The notes under the pieces are model-generated. The model saw only the letters and a list, made by a program, of their open reading frames with translations. It ran no database searches and had not been told where the DNA came from. This document shows, piece after piece, positions 39,421-52,585 of a stretch of 64,000 bases of DNA. The DNA is from the human T2T-CHM13v2.0 reference genome, Homo sapiens. The position numbers and the translations under genes were made by a program. Position 1 is the stretch's first letter; the number at the start of each line of letters is the position of its first letter. Where the stretch lies: NCBI RefSeq assembly GCF_009914755.1, contig NC_060927.1; one strand, written 5' to 3'.

Positions 39421-42400
39421 GAGTGACAGAGTAAGATGGCAGAGTAGGATTCTCCAGCGATTGATCGATTGTTCTCCCACAGAAACATCAATTCAAACAA
39501 CTATCCACACTCAAACAAATCTTCATGAGATGTAAGAAAACCAGAAGAGAGATCACAGTACTACCTGGTCTTATCATAATAACAGGAAAAGACTAATTGA
39601 AGGCAGTAGAATGGACAGCCTCACATTTCCCACATCACCCCTCCCCGAATCCCAGGCAGTAAAGCAGAGAGAGATACCATTTGCTTGAGGGAAGGAAAAA
39701 AATATAAGCATAAGATTTTGCCTTGGAACCCTGTAGGGGGCCTGCCATAGTGAAACCCTGCACTAGGCAAAAGCCTCTAGTCCTAGACATCAGGCTAACA
39801 CTCATGGATCCACCCTGGCAAGAGACAGGTACCTGTTGTCCCAGTGGGATATACTCAAGATCCGACCTGCATCATCATCAGCTGAATACAGTGGCCTTGG
39901 GCCCTGAATTAAGTGGCAGGCAGGCTGCAGGCCTTGGGCATGCTCTAGGGCTGCACTGGTGTCAGTGGCAGTAGGATTTGGCAAACTAGGACTGTGTCAG
40001 TCTCTGTGACCATGGAATTGCCTACATCACTCCTCCTCCAACCCTAGGTATTGCAGTGCTGAGAGAGACACTGTCCACTTGGGGAAAGGAGAAGGAAGTA
40101 AGCATAAGTCTTTGCCTTGGAACCTCCACTAGGCCCACCACAGTAAAACTCAGTACTAGGCAAAATCCCATGGACCCTGACACCAGATTGCGCCTCTGAG
40201 CAGAGCCTTTAGAACTGCTACAGTGCCAAATGGGAGCTCAGGGCTCAGTGCCAGACAGGAACCCAGGAACCTGGAAAGACAAACTTGAAATCTGGCCTAT
40301 ATCACCACTAGTCAACTATAGCAACCTTGGGCGTTAAATAAACCTCAGTGTTGGGTAAGCTATAGAAACTGCAGGACTTGGGCATGCCCCAGCGCTGCAC
40401 TGGTCTTGGCAGTAATGAGCTTTAGGTGTGACCCTGCACTGTATTCAGCCTTTGTGGCCAAAGAATTTCAGCCATGGCAGTCCTGGGCTTAGTGTACCCC
40501 CTAGTGCCTCAAGATTAAAATATAAGTAATGGATTTAGGGATCTCACGAATCAACCTACCCTAAATCTCTGGACAAGTTTAGTGCTGAAGGAAGCTCCTA
40601 AACAATGCAAGACTGAAGACTAGAACAGATACCTACATAAATGTGCAGACATCAATAAACAGCTACAAATATGAAAATCAATCAGGGAAATATGATATGA
40701 CCAAATGAATGAACTGAGATGTCAATGACTGACACTAAAGAGATGGAGGTGGAAGATTTTCCTGACAAAACATTAAAAATAGGTATTTTAAGGAAACAGC
40801 AACTTCAAGAAAATACATAGGAACAACTCAGAAATTTACCAGAAAATTTTAACAGAGAATTGGAAAAAAAGGAAAAAAAAAAAAAAAGACAACAAATCCT
40901 GGAGCTGAAAATTACAATGAACAAAACAAAAAATGCAATAGAGAGCATCAGTAGCATAATTGATTAAATAGAAGAATCTATGAAATCAAAGACCAGTTAA
41001 TTAAAAATATAGACTCAGAGGGAAAAAAAGAAATAAAGCTTAAAAGATTTATGGGATGGCATCAAAAGAGAAAACTGATGAGGCATTAGTGTGTAAGAGG
41101 AAATAGAGGAACAGAAAGGGGTAGAAAGCTTCTTTAAAGAAATAACAACAGAAAAATCTGGAAAAACATGTAAATATCCTGGTACAGGAAGGTCATTTCC
41201 TATCACGTTCAATACAAATAAGACTACCTAATGGCATGTTCTAATTAATGTGTCAAAGATCAACGACAAAGAGAATCCTAAAAACAGTAAGATAAAATAA
41301 ATAAGTAACACATAAGGAAGTTCCAGTATGCTTAACAGTAGACTTCTAAGCAAAAATTTTACAGGCCAGGGGAGAGTGGATTGATATATTCAAAGTGCTG
41401 GAGGAAAAAAATTGCCAACCAAAAATATCATACCCAGCAAAGCTGTCTTTCTGGGATGAAAGAGAGATAAAGACTTTTCTGGAAAAGCAAAAGCTGAGCA
41501 AATTCACCTCCAGACCTGTCTTATAAGAAATGCTAAAGAGAGGTCTTCAAAAAAAAAAAATAATAAAGATGCTGATGAATAACATGAAAACATCTAAAAG
41601 TACATAATCCACTGGTAAAAGTAAAATTCTGAATACTCTAATAATGTGATGGTGGTGTATAAATCACTTATATATTTAGCACAGAGGTTAAAAAACAAAA
41701 CAATTAAAATAATAACTTCAATGATTTGTTAAGGGATATATAATATAAAAGATGCAAATTGTGACATCAAAATATGGGAGGGTGGAGTTAAAAAGTAGAG
41801 AAAGAGTAGAAGATTTTTCTCTTTTATTTTTATTTGCAATCAAAATTAGGTTGTGAATATTTTAAAATAATCTTTTTGTAGCTATAAGATGTTTTTTGTA
41901 AGCCTCATGGTAATCACAAGGACCTACAAGAGATATGCCAAAAAAAAAAAGAATCAAAACATTCTACTAGAAAAAAATCACTTAACCTCAAATAAAGAGA
42001 GTAATAGAAGAAAGACAGTAATGGAGGAAGAAAGGAAGAATGAATCTGTAAAACAACCAGAAAACAAATCAAACTAGCAGCAGTAAGCCCTTACCTATCA
42101 ATAATTACCTTGAATGTAAATGGATTAAATTCTCCAATTAAAAGACACAGAGTGGCCAAATGAGTAAAAAACAAAACCCAACAATATTCTGGCTGCAACA
42201 GACTCACTTCACCTGTAAGAATACACATAAACTGAAAGTACAGAGATGAATAAAGATATTGTATGTGAATGGAAACCGAAAGAAATCAGGAGTAGCTATA
42301 CTTATATCAGATAAAATAGATGTTAAATTAATAACTGTAAAAAGAGACAAAGAATGTCATTATATAATGGTAAAGGGATTGATTCAGCAATAGGATATAA

Positions 42401-42658
42401 CAATTATAAAATATATGCATCCAACATTGGAACACCTAAATATATAAAACCAATATTAATAGATCAAAGAAAAAGAGGCTGTAATACAATAACAGTAGGC
42501 AACTTCAACACTTCAACACTCCACTTTCAGCAATGAACAGATCATCCAGACAGAAAATAAGGGGAAAAAATATCAGATTTAAACTGCACTGTAGACAAAT
42601 GAACCTAACTGACATTTATAGCATTCCACCCAACAGCTACCGAATACACATTTTTTTA
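39421..42658 (+). mobile_element. L1MA-type LINE 5' half (5'UTR, ORF1, ORF2 endonuclease), 3'-truncated
   Basis: 5' end AAGATGGCAGAGTAGG; ORF1 motifs ACAGGCCAGGGGAGAGTGG and TACCCAGCAAAGCTGTC; endonuclease start ATCAATAATTACCTTGAATGTAAATGG; frames disrupted. Confidence 0.9.
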
Positions 42659-42659
42659 A

Positions 42660-42728
42660 AACTGTGGTTGACTATGGGTAACTGAAACTGCAAGAGCAAA
42701 GCCACAGATAAACGAGGAATGATTATAT
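42660..42728 (-). mobile_element. MER44/Tigger7 terminal fragment
   Basis: CTGTGGTTGACTATGGGTAACTGAAACTGCAAGAGCAAAGCCACAGATAA matches a CpG-decayed MER44 end. Confidence 0.65.
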
Positions 42729-42899
42729 ATCAGAATGTCTCAGAAAATGTGCATTTTTCATGATTTATATAATCAAACCTATAACAAGTACCATTGTTCT
42801 AAAGATAACCGTTCTATTGAAAGTTACAGCTATACTGAAAATAATGTTTTTTCTACCTTTTGAAAATATCTTTGGGCATTTTAAATATGCCTTTAGAAG

Positions 42900-43460
42900 T
42901 CAAATACATTTGGACATATAAATTCAAATTCTACATGTCTGGCACTGTCCTAGGATTCTGAGATACAAAATGACATAGGTATTGATCCTACTTTCAGGGA
43001 GCTCAGAAACTAGTGAAGGAGAGAGATTTTTTAAAAATGAGTATTTAAAACTCAGTATGAACTGGGAGACATATGTCCTGGCCCAAAGCAGGAATTCTAA
43101 GGAAAAAAAAATTGCTGGAGGACTTTTTCTCTTGGATAACCTTTTGGGTAAATTACTATCTATAGTGGAAGTGATCCCTGATTTTGGTATGGAATAATAT
43201 TAAGGTATTTTCCAAGTGAACCAGGAAAAAGGCATTCTAGGATGAACAGAAGGGTATGCAAATATACAGAAGCACCAAATTGTATGCACAGTTAGAAAGT
43301 GCAAGTAGCTCTATAATCTTTGGACACATATTTTGACCAGGAGGGGTCATTATAGTCGGAAATACAAGGCTAGATTATAAAGGGTGTTTTGTGTCATGGG
43401 AAGAATCTAGAACTATTCTGACAGCTTTTACAGGGAGCTAGTTAGCTTATGACTGCAGAG
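42900..43460 (-). mobile_element. L2 remnant
   Basis: CTACATGTCTGGCACTGTCCTAGG...GGCATTCTAGG...CAAATATACAGAAG. Confidence 0.6.
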
Positions 43461-44424
43461 AGAATACACCCTTCAACTAAAAAATGCAATGTGAGTTCAT
43501 TGGATAGATGGTGGTAACGTCTTTTATTGGCAAATTAGAGAACCTCAGCAGACTAAATTGATGTCAAATGACCAACTTGCTCTTTTACTTTTAAAATACT
43601 GGGAAATCTGAAATGAATCAGCTCCCCATGAGCACATTTCATTTTTTTATTGTCACCTGGGGAATGTTAATGCTTTTGGACTGCTGCCTGCAGCCTTGGC
43701 CTCACTACCTAAGTAGATATTTGGTGATAGCAGTGTACCCTCATAAAGACAGACTGCTGATTACATTTCCATTAAAGACCACAGCCAAGTCTGTCTGCTA
43801 ATTTCCCTGCCAAAAGCAGTTAGATTTTTACAGTGGCCAGTTTAGTATGGAAAAGAACCACTTTTGTTGTCAGAGTGCAAAGAGATAGCATAAGAAATTT
43901 GAGATTGTGGCCTTTATTCAACAATATCCAAAATACATTTTCTAAAATAGACTTTACGTATTATAATTTTTTAAAACACCTACCTTTCTTTATGGAAAGT
44001 TATATTATTGTCTATGCTTTCAAATTCTATTTATCCACTGCAAGTATAAAAATGAAAGAAAAATGAATTTAGAGTAGAGAATATCATTTCAGTCATTCAT
44101 TCATCAAACATCTAAATAACATTTATTATGTTCTAGGCATTGTGCTAGGTGCCATGGCTTACAAAATGAATGTGGCACAATGGTTACACTAAAAAAGCTT
44201 AGAATCCAAGCATGCCAACCTTGAGTGTAAAGCATTTTGATAATAAATAAAAAACCGAAAATTCTTATAAAGGAAAGACAATCTATTATAGCACTATATT
44301 TAGCAAAAGAAACTGTAAATTAAATTCTAGGGTCAAGATTATCATTAGTAGTAGGTTTAATTATAATATAGACCCTGTGACAACAAATGTTACAATTTCA
44401 TCATCATTGTTATTTTTGGATTTT

Positions 44425-44815
44425 TGTTGTGAACTGAATGTGACCAATCAAAATTTATATGTTGTAGCCCTAACCCCAACAATGTGGTGGTATTTAGAAA
44501 TGGAACTTTGGGGATGTGATTAGAGTTAGATGAGGTTATGAGGATGGGCTGTTATGACAGAATTGGTGTCCTTATGGGAAGAGACATAGAAGAGCTAGCC
44601 CTCTATCTGGCTCTCTCTGTGTGCACCTACCAAGGGAAGGTCAGGTAAGCACACAGCAGGAAGGTAATCATCTGCAAGCCATGAAGATAGCCAGAACCTG
44701 AACATACTGGCACCTAGATCTCAGCTATCCAAGCTATCAGTGAGAATATAAATTTCTGTTTTTATAGCCTCCCAGTCTATAGTATTGTGTTATGGTAGCC
44801 GAAGCTGACAAATAT
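44425..44815 (+). mobile_element. MLT1A-like MaLR LTR
   Basis: TATATGTTGTAGCCCTAACCCC...TTAGATGAGGTTATGAGG...ATAAATTTCTGTT...CCAGTCTATAGTATT. Confidence 0.8.
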
Positions 44816-45046
44816 ACCCATCCTATGGTAGGCAACATGCTTAGTGCTTTCTTTTCATTTTTTCCAATGCTCATCATAAATCTTCAAGGCAACTATTACT
44901 GTCCTGATTTTAGAGGCATGTAATCTGAGGTTAGGAGGCCTAAACAAATTGCTTGGATGGTATAGCTAATAAGTAGCAAGTGAGGATTTAAGCCTATATT
45001 CATGTTATCTCCACCACTAAAAGATACCACTTCATGGCATGGATTC

Positions 45047-47496
45047 TGTCTCAGTCTGGCTTTTATTATTGTAACACAATACCACAGACTGAGTAATTTA
45101 GGATAAAAATAAATTTATTTTTTATAGTTCTGGAGGCTAAGTCCAAGGTCAAGGGGCTGCTTCTAGTTAGGGGCTTTTTCCTGAATCATGACATGGTGGA
45201 AGGCGTTACAGGGCAAGAGAAGCACACTGAGAGCCAAACTGGCTTTTATAACAGACCCACTCTTGCAATAAGTGACCCGCTCCAGGGATAGCCCATTAAT
45301 CCATTAATGATTTAATCCATTTATGAGGGCAGAACCCTCATGACCCAATCACCTCTTAAAGGTCCCACCTCTTATTACCGTTACATTAGAGATTAAGTTT
45401 CAAAATAAGTTCAGAAGGGACAAACATTCAAATTATAGTATTCACCTCTGGCCTCCCCAGACTCATAATCTTCTCACATAGGAACACATTCCTTCCATGC
45501 CCATAGACCCAACGTCTTTACTCATTCCAGCACCAATTCAAAAGTCCAAAACCCAAAGTCTCAACTGTGAGCCTATACAATTAAAACAAATTATCTACTT
45601 CTAAGATACAATGGTGGGATAGTTATAGGGTACACATTCCTACTTTAAAAGGGAGAAATAGGCCAGAAGAGGGGAGTAAAATGCCCCAAGCAAGTTCAAA
45701 ACCCAGCAAAGAAGACATTGATTCTTAAAGCTGACTTCATGTCCAGCATCCTGTGCACACTGGAGCAAGGAGTAGGCCCCCATAATGTTGGGCAATCTCA
45801 CCCCTGTGGCTTTGCCAGGGTCAGCCTACACTTCAGCTCTTTTGGGTTGGAGTTGCACGCTGGTGCCTGCAGCTTTCCCTGATGGGCATTATATGCTACT
45901 AGTGGCCCTGCAATTCTGGAATCTCAAAAGCAACCCTGGCTGTCACTCCACCTTTCAGTTCAGCATTGCCCTGGTTCGGGCTCTCAGTGGTGGATCCATC
46001 CCTGCAACAAGTCTCTGCCTGGGCCCCCAGGCTTTTCAATACATCCTCTGAAATTTAGGTGGAGGCCACCCTGGTATCACAGTTTTTGCATTCTGCACAA
46101 TTGCAAAATTAGCACCAGATTGACACCAAGCAAGTCTTAATGCTTGTGCTCTCTGGAGTAGCAGCACTAGCCACAACTGGGCCTGCTTGATCCATGGTAT
46201 GGTGCCACCAAGGTTTACAGTTTATATCTCTCAGAGCAGCAGACTGAGCCACAGCTGGAGCAGCCGAGGAGTGTTGCAGCATGATGTAGGAAACAGAGTC
46301 CTGAGTCAACTCTGAGCAGTGAGTTTGTGGAGGGTGCCTTGGCCCTGTCCTACAAAACTGTTCTGTCCTCCTAGGCCTCTGGGCCTCTGATGTCAAGTGA
46401 GGCAGCTTCAAAGATCTCTAAAATGCCTTTGAGATTTTTCTCCCTTTGTCCTCATAAATAGCCTTTGGTTCTTTTCTATCAGTACTAATCACACCCAAAC
46501 ATGCTTTTTGTTCTTTACATGACCAGTCTGTGAATTTTCCAAATTTCTATATTGTACTTCTCTTTAATTATAAATTCTGTCTTTAAATCATCTGTTTGCT
46601 CCAAAATCTCACTTTAAGCAACCAAAGGTAACTATGCAGCATCTTGAATGCTTTGCAGCTTAAAAATATCTTCTGCCAGATATTCTAGTTTATCACTCTA
46701 AAGTTTGGTCTTTCACAAAGCCTCAGGGCATGGACACAGTTTTGCCAAGCACTTTGCTATCTTTTAGCAAGACAGACTTTTTTTCCATATTTCAATAACT
46801 TATTCTTTATTTCCACCTGAGACCTCATCAGCATGGCCTTTATGTTCTACATTTCTGTCAGCATTCTGGTCGTGACCACTTAAGTAATCTCTAAGAAGTT
46901 CCAGATTTTTCCTAGTCTTTTTGTCTTCTTCTAGGCCTTTATCAGAATTGCCCTTAATGCTTTTTTTATGGTATATAGGCTTTTTCTAGCTTGCACCTCC
47001 AAAATCTTCTAGTCTCAACTTATTACCCAGTTCCAAAGCCACTTCTACATTTTTAGGAATTCATTATAACAACAGCCCCACTTTTGGCATCAATTTTCTG
47101 TCTGAGTCCATTTTCTTTGGCTATAATTCAATATCAGAGACTGGGTAACTTATAATTTTTTAAAAAATGTATTTCTTACAGTTCTGGAGGCTGGGAGGTC
47201 CAAGGTCAAGGGGTTTCATTTGGTGAGGCCCTCCTTTCTGTGTCATAATGTGGTAGAAGGCATCACAGGGACAGAAGCACACTGAGAGCCAAGCTGGCTT
47301 TTATAGCAGACCCATTCTTGTGATCGCTAACCCACTACAATGAGAACCCATTAATCTATGAATGAATTAATCAATTTATGAGGGCAGACCACTTACAATC
47401 CAATCACCTCATAAAGTCTCCATTTATTAATACTGTAACATTGGAGAGTAAGTTTCAACACGAGTTTCAGAGGAGACAAACATTTAAACCGTAGTA
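45047..47496 (-). mobile_element. Complete MST-type (MSTC-like) MaLR provirus: LTR 45047-45440, internal 45441-47098, LTR 47099-47496
   Basis: Two homologous LTRs (e.g. GAGAGCCAA.CTGGCTTTTATA.CAGACCCA.TCTTG in both), MaLR internal sequence, and perfect TSD GATTC (45042-45046 and 47497-47501). Confidence 0.93.
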
Positions 47497-48199
47497 GATT
47501 CATTAATCTTTGCTCCCATAAAGGCAAAATATTACACTCTGATATATGTATTCTTAACTTCCCATGTCTTGGCTTTTTCCATCTCATAATGTAGTAATAA
47601 TCACACAAACTAATTTACCCTTGTTTCTAAGCATTCAAAATGCTTGACAATAATCTATCATTTATATAATGACTTTAGTAGGCATAGAAGCAGGAACATA
47701 TTTTTTCCTGGGATCCAAATATCGTCTTCCTCACTTGCGGTTTAATTTTGTAATTATAAGAAGAAGCAACATAACAGTTGTCTGACACAATGTGATAGCA
47801 CATTATCATATAATTACTGAGATTCTTTGGCTCTGTTTATGGTTATTGTGGAGATTATGTGAAGATGTGAATCAGTGACAGGCAGGACTGTCTGGTACAT
47901 CATTTAGGAAGTTATACGGGTCTTCTGATGCTTTTGCTAGGTTTACTTTTCTTGTCAGTATTGACCACCCAGCTTTTCAATATGGAATGCACATATATTT
48001 GGTAGTACTTTATTTTATCAGTATATTTTGAGCTTGTAGATTTCTTTGAGTGGTTCAAATAATAAACTTTTATTCCTGGGTCAGTACCTTTCTGAGGAGG
48101 GTCTAGATGTATTCATGTTACTGCCTCATTAAAAAAAATTTTTTTTTAAAGTGTGGTTTATACTCACTGATTCTAATTTCTCTCCTCTTTGGCTTTTTA

Positions 48200-48545
48200 A
48201 ACGAGCTTAAATTATATTTTCCCAAACTAGTCTTATCAAGGTAACTAGTGAACTTCACATTGCTCAATTCCCACCCCTCTTGACCCATCAGCAGCATTTG
48301 ACACTACTGATTAGTCCTCTTCTTTGAAACACTTTCTTCTCTTAGCTTCCAGCAGATCACATGCATCTGGTTTTCTCTTTCTGGATAGCCACTGCCTAAA
48401 GTTTTCTTTGCTAATTTACCTTCACCTATTGGATGCCTACATGTTGGAACATCTCTGGGATTAGTCTTTGGACCTCTTCTATTTTTTTCTGTATCTCTCT
48501 ACAGTTGGTGATTTCATATAGTCTCATGCATTTAAATGACCTGTT
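48200..48545 (+). mobile_element. L2 remnant
   Basis: CTTGACCCATCAGCAGCATTTGACAC...TTTGAAACACTTTCTTCTCTTAGCTTCC (reverse transcriptase region). Confidence 0.75.
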
Positions 48546-48590
48546 TTACATATCTGTTCCTTTATAAAAAATTGTTCCAGCATTTAGTGG

Positions 48591-49196
48591 TTTGAACCCA
48601 AAAGTATCTGAGACAGGTCTCAATCAATTTAGAAAGTTTATTTTGCCAAGATTACGAATGCACCCTTAACACAGTCTCAGGGGGTCCTGAGGACATGTGC
48701 CTAAGGTGGTTGGGGTACAGCCTGCTTTTACACCATTTAGGGAGACATAATACATCAATCAATACATGTAAGATTTACATCGGTTCAATTTGGAAGGGCT
48801 GGACAATTCAGAGCAGGGGTTTCCAGGTCATAGGTAGATTTTAAAATTTTCTGATTGGAAATTGGTTGAAAGAGTTATTGTTAGTAGAAAGGAATGTCTA
48901 GGTCCCAATAAGACATTGCAGATGAAGCCTCCAAGTAGCAGGCTTCAGAGAAAATAGATTGTAAATGTTTCTTGTAAGACTTAAGGTTTGTATTTATGTT
49001 AAATGCTGGTTGGCTTTCCTGAATTCCAAAAGGAAGGAGGGCATAATGAGGCATGTCTAACCCCCACTTCCCATCATGGCCTGAACCAGTCTTTCAGGAT
49101 AACTTTGGAATGCCCTGGCGGAGAGGAAGGAGTTCATTCAGAAGATTGGTTGTGGGGGGTGGAGGGGTGGGCTGAGAATTTCATTTTTGGTTTACA
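48591..49196 (-). mobile_element. MER4-family ERV1 solo LTR
   Basis: TGAACCCAAAAGTATCTGAGACAGGTCTCAATCAATTTAGAAAGTTTATTTTGCCAAG...TTTTTGGTTTACA; 4-bp flanks GTGG and GTGT. Confidence 0.9.
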
Positions 49197-49697
49197 GTGT
49201 TTTAAAATAATAATAGCCATTTTATTTCACTTGCCATTTCTCAGTTGAATGGCTCTGGTTTGTGATATCTTCTGAGGTTACAGTCAGTGTCAGCAAATGC
49301 AGCAATCAACTGAAGGCTTAACTAGAGACAGAGGATCTGTTTCCAAAGTGGTTCACTCACACAGCTGGTAAGTTGGTACAGATATTGTCCAGAGACTTCT
49401 CAATCCCTATGTAGACTTTTCCAAATAGGAAATCATGCACTTTCATTTCCACCATTGATCAAATAGGGCTATCCCTGATTCAGTGTGAGAATGGAGTATA
49501 TAAAAATATAAATACTTGGAGGCTTGGATCACTGGGGGTATTTTTAAGGCTGTCTGCCATAGTCCACCCTCTGGCCCCTAATAATTCATAGACCTCCCAC
49601 ATACAAAATATACTCACCCTTTTCTAAATATTCCTCAAAATATAATTTCTTTATGTCTCAGCTGCAGGTTTTAGGTCAAACAGCTCCTTGTGTGCTT

Positions 49698-50062
49698 TGT
49701 TATAAGTGAATGTGTCCCCTAAGAATATATTTGTTGAAATCCTGCTGTTCAAGATGTAGGTATTATGGTATTAGGAGGTGAAGCCTTTGGATGGTGGTTA
49801 AGTTAAAAGAACAGAGCTCTCATGAATGAGATTAGTGCCCTTTAAAAGAGGCCAAGAAAGGCCCCTTGCTCCTTTTATCATATAAGGATACAGTGAGAAG
49901 ACACCATCTGTGAATCAGAAAGTTGGCCTTCACCAAATGCTGAATCTGTTGGAGCCTTGATCTTGGACACCCCAGACTCTAGAACAGTGAGAAATAATTC
50001 CTGTTTATAAGCTACTCAATTTGTGTTATTTTTTTTTATTGCAGCCCAAACAGACTAAAATG
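49698..50062 (+). mobile_element. MLT1A0 LTR
   Basis: TGGTATTAGGAGGTGAAGCCTTTGG...CTCATGAATGAGATTAGTGCCCTT...GCAGCCCAAACAGACTAA. Confidence 0.85.
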
Positions 50063-50570
50063 TCATTAATCTAGTTCAGGTGTGATGATGCCTCAGGTTA
50101 AGTTCATAGAGTACAGCTCTTCAAGTGCAATTTCCCTGTGAACTAAAGAGATAACTTTTCTGTCCCCAAGACACCCAATGTACATTAGTTGGACAGACAT
50201 AGGATAACTTCACAAAGCCCTCCATTTCAAAAAGGAGGTAAATAGACAGCCCACAGGTATAACTATTCTCAAGCAATTCTGAAATTCAGGTGGACACGTT
50301 TGCAGTCTCTTGATTAAGGCTCATGTCTACTGCCTGGGATTTATACATTTTGATGCTTAACTGCACCATCTGAGATCTTGATTCCATGTTTTAATTCATC
50401 CTTTCTTTTCACAATAAATGGCTGGTGTTGGTAACTGAGTAGTGTTTCAGGCTATTTCCAGCGCATAGTAATTTCAGAGTCCAAAGGCAGTTTTCTCTTT
50501 TGTATTATATCTGCCCCTCTACATCTAAGCTAACAGTGTTTCTACAAATACGATTCATTTGTGAGTCTCT

Positions 50571-52585
50571 TAAAACTACAAGATGTTGCTGAAAAAAATC
50601 ATATCTCACAAACAAATGGAAAAACAATCCATGTTCATGGATTGAAAGAATCAATATCATTAAAATGGCTACACTGCCCAAGAAGCCTATAGACTCAATG
50701 TAATTTCTATCAAAATACCAATGTCATTTTTCACAGAAAAAAACTGTTTAAAAATTAATATGAAACAAAAAAAAGAGCCCAAATAACCAAAGCAATCCTA
50801 AGCAAAAAGAACAAAGCCAGAGGCATCACATTACCCAACTTCAAGCTATACTATAAGTATTTTACTGGTAAAAACAAACAAACAAAACCAGAAACCAGAC
50901 ACATAGATAGACCAATGAAACAAAACAGAGAACCCAGAAATAAAGTTGCACACCTACAGCCATTTTATCTTTGACAAAGTTGACAAAAATAAGCAATGGG
51001 AAAAGAATTTTCTGTTTAATAAATGGTGCTGGGATAGTTGGCTGGTCACATGCAGAAGACTGACACTGGACTCCTACATTTTACCATATCAAAACTTAAC
51101 TCAAGGTGGATTAAATATTTAAATGTAAAATGTTAAAGTGTAAGAATCCTAGAAGAAAACCTAGGAAACACCATTCTGGACATTGGTCTTGAGAAAGAAT
51201 TTATGACTAGGTCCTCAAAAGCAATTGTAACAAAAATGAAATTCGATGAGTGGGACCTAATTAAACAAGAGTTTCTGCACAACAAGTGAAATTATCAACA
51301 GAGAAAACAGACAACCTAAAGAATGGGAGAAAATATTCATGAACTGTGCATTCAACAATGGTCTAATATTCAGGATCTATAAGGAACAATTCAAGAGGCA
51401 AAAAACAAATAACTCCATTAAAAAGTGAGCAAAAGACATGAACATGAACAGACACTTCTCAAAAGACAGCATACAAGTGGCAAACAAACATATGAGAAAA
51501 TGTTCCATATCATAAATAGTCAGAGAAACGCAAATCAAAATCAATGAGATACCATCTCACATCAGGCAGAGTGACTATTACTAAAAAGTCAAAAAACAAC
51601 AGATGCTTGCAAGGCTGTGGAGAAAAGGGAACAGTTATACACTGTTGGTGGAAATGTAAATTAATGCAGCCAATGTGGAAAGCAGTCTGGAGATTTCTCA
51701 AAGAACTTAAAACAGAACTACCATTTGACCCAGCAGTCCTATTACTGGGTATACATTGAAAAGAAAATAAATCGTTCTACCAAAAAGACACACGCACTTG
51801 TATGTTCATCATAGCAATATTCACAATAGCAAATTAATGGAATTAACATAGATGCCCATCAATGATTCATTGAATGAAGAAAATGTGGTACATATACACC
51901 ATGGAATACTACACAGCCATAAAAAGAACAAAATCAAGTCTCTTACAGCAACATGGATATTGCTGGAGACAATTATCCTAAATGATTAATGCAGGATAAG
52001 AAAACCAATACTACACAGTGTATACACCATGGAATACTACACAGCCATAAAAAGAACAAAATCAAGTCTCTTACAGCAACATGGATATTGCTGGAGACAA
52101 TTATCCTAAATGATTAATGCAGGATAAGAAAACCAATACTACACAGTGTATACACCATGGAATACTACACAGCCATAAAAAGAACAAAATCAAGTCTCCT
52201 ACAGCAACATGAATGTTTCTGGAGACAATTATCCTAAGTGATTAATGCAGGATAAGAAAACCAATAACTCATGTTCTCACTTATAAGTGGGAGCTAAACA
52301 TTGAGTACTCATGGATAAAAAGATGGCAAAAATAGACTGGGGACTGCAAGGGAGGTGAGGGAGAGAAGAGGGCAAGGATTGAACAACTAACTATTGGGTG
52401 CTATGCTGATTACCTGGGTGAAGAGATCAGTTGTACTGCAAACCTCAGTATTCTGCAATATACCTGTGTAACAAATCTGCACATGTACCCTCTGTATCTA
52501 AAGTGAAAGTTAAAAAAAAAAAAACAAGTAAAAAAAGTTTAAAGTAAAAAATAAGTAGAGGATAGAACAAACAACCAGTTTAAAA
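50571..52585 (+). mobile_element. L1PA15-16/L1PB-like 3' 2 kb (ORF2 C-terminus and 3'UTR)
   Basis: ORF track 51544-51759 ([24 protein letters not shown]); L1 3'UTR and A-rich tail. Confidence 0.92.
51893..52266 (+). repeat. 128-bp tandem repeat, about 2.9 copies, inside L1
   Basis: Units start TATACACCATGG at 51893, 52021 and 52149. Copies 1 and 2 are identical; copy 3 has 5 substitutions. Confidence 0.97.

Noticed and set aside
51893-52266. CRISPR-like array interpretation of the tandem repeat
   Set aside because: Units are contiguous L1-derived duplicates without unique spacers, in eukaryotic DNA.
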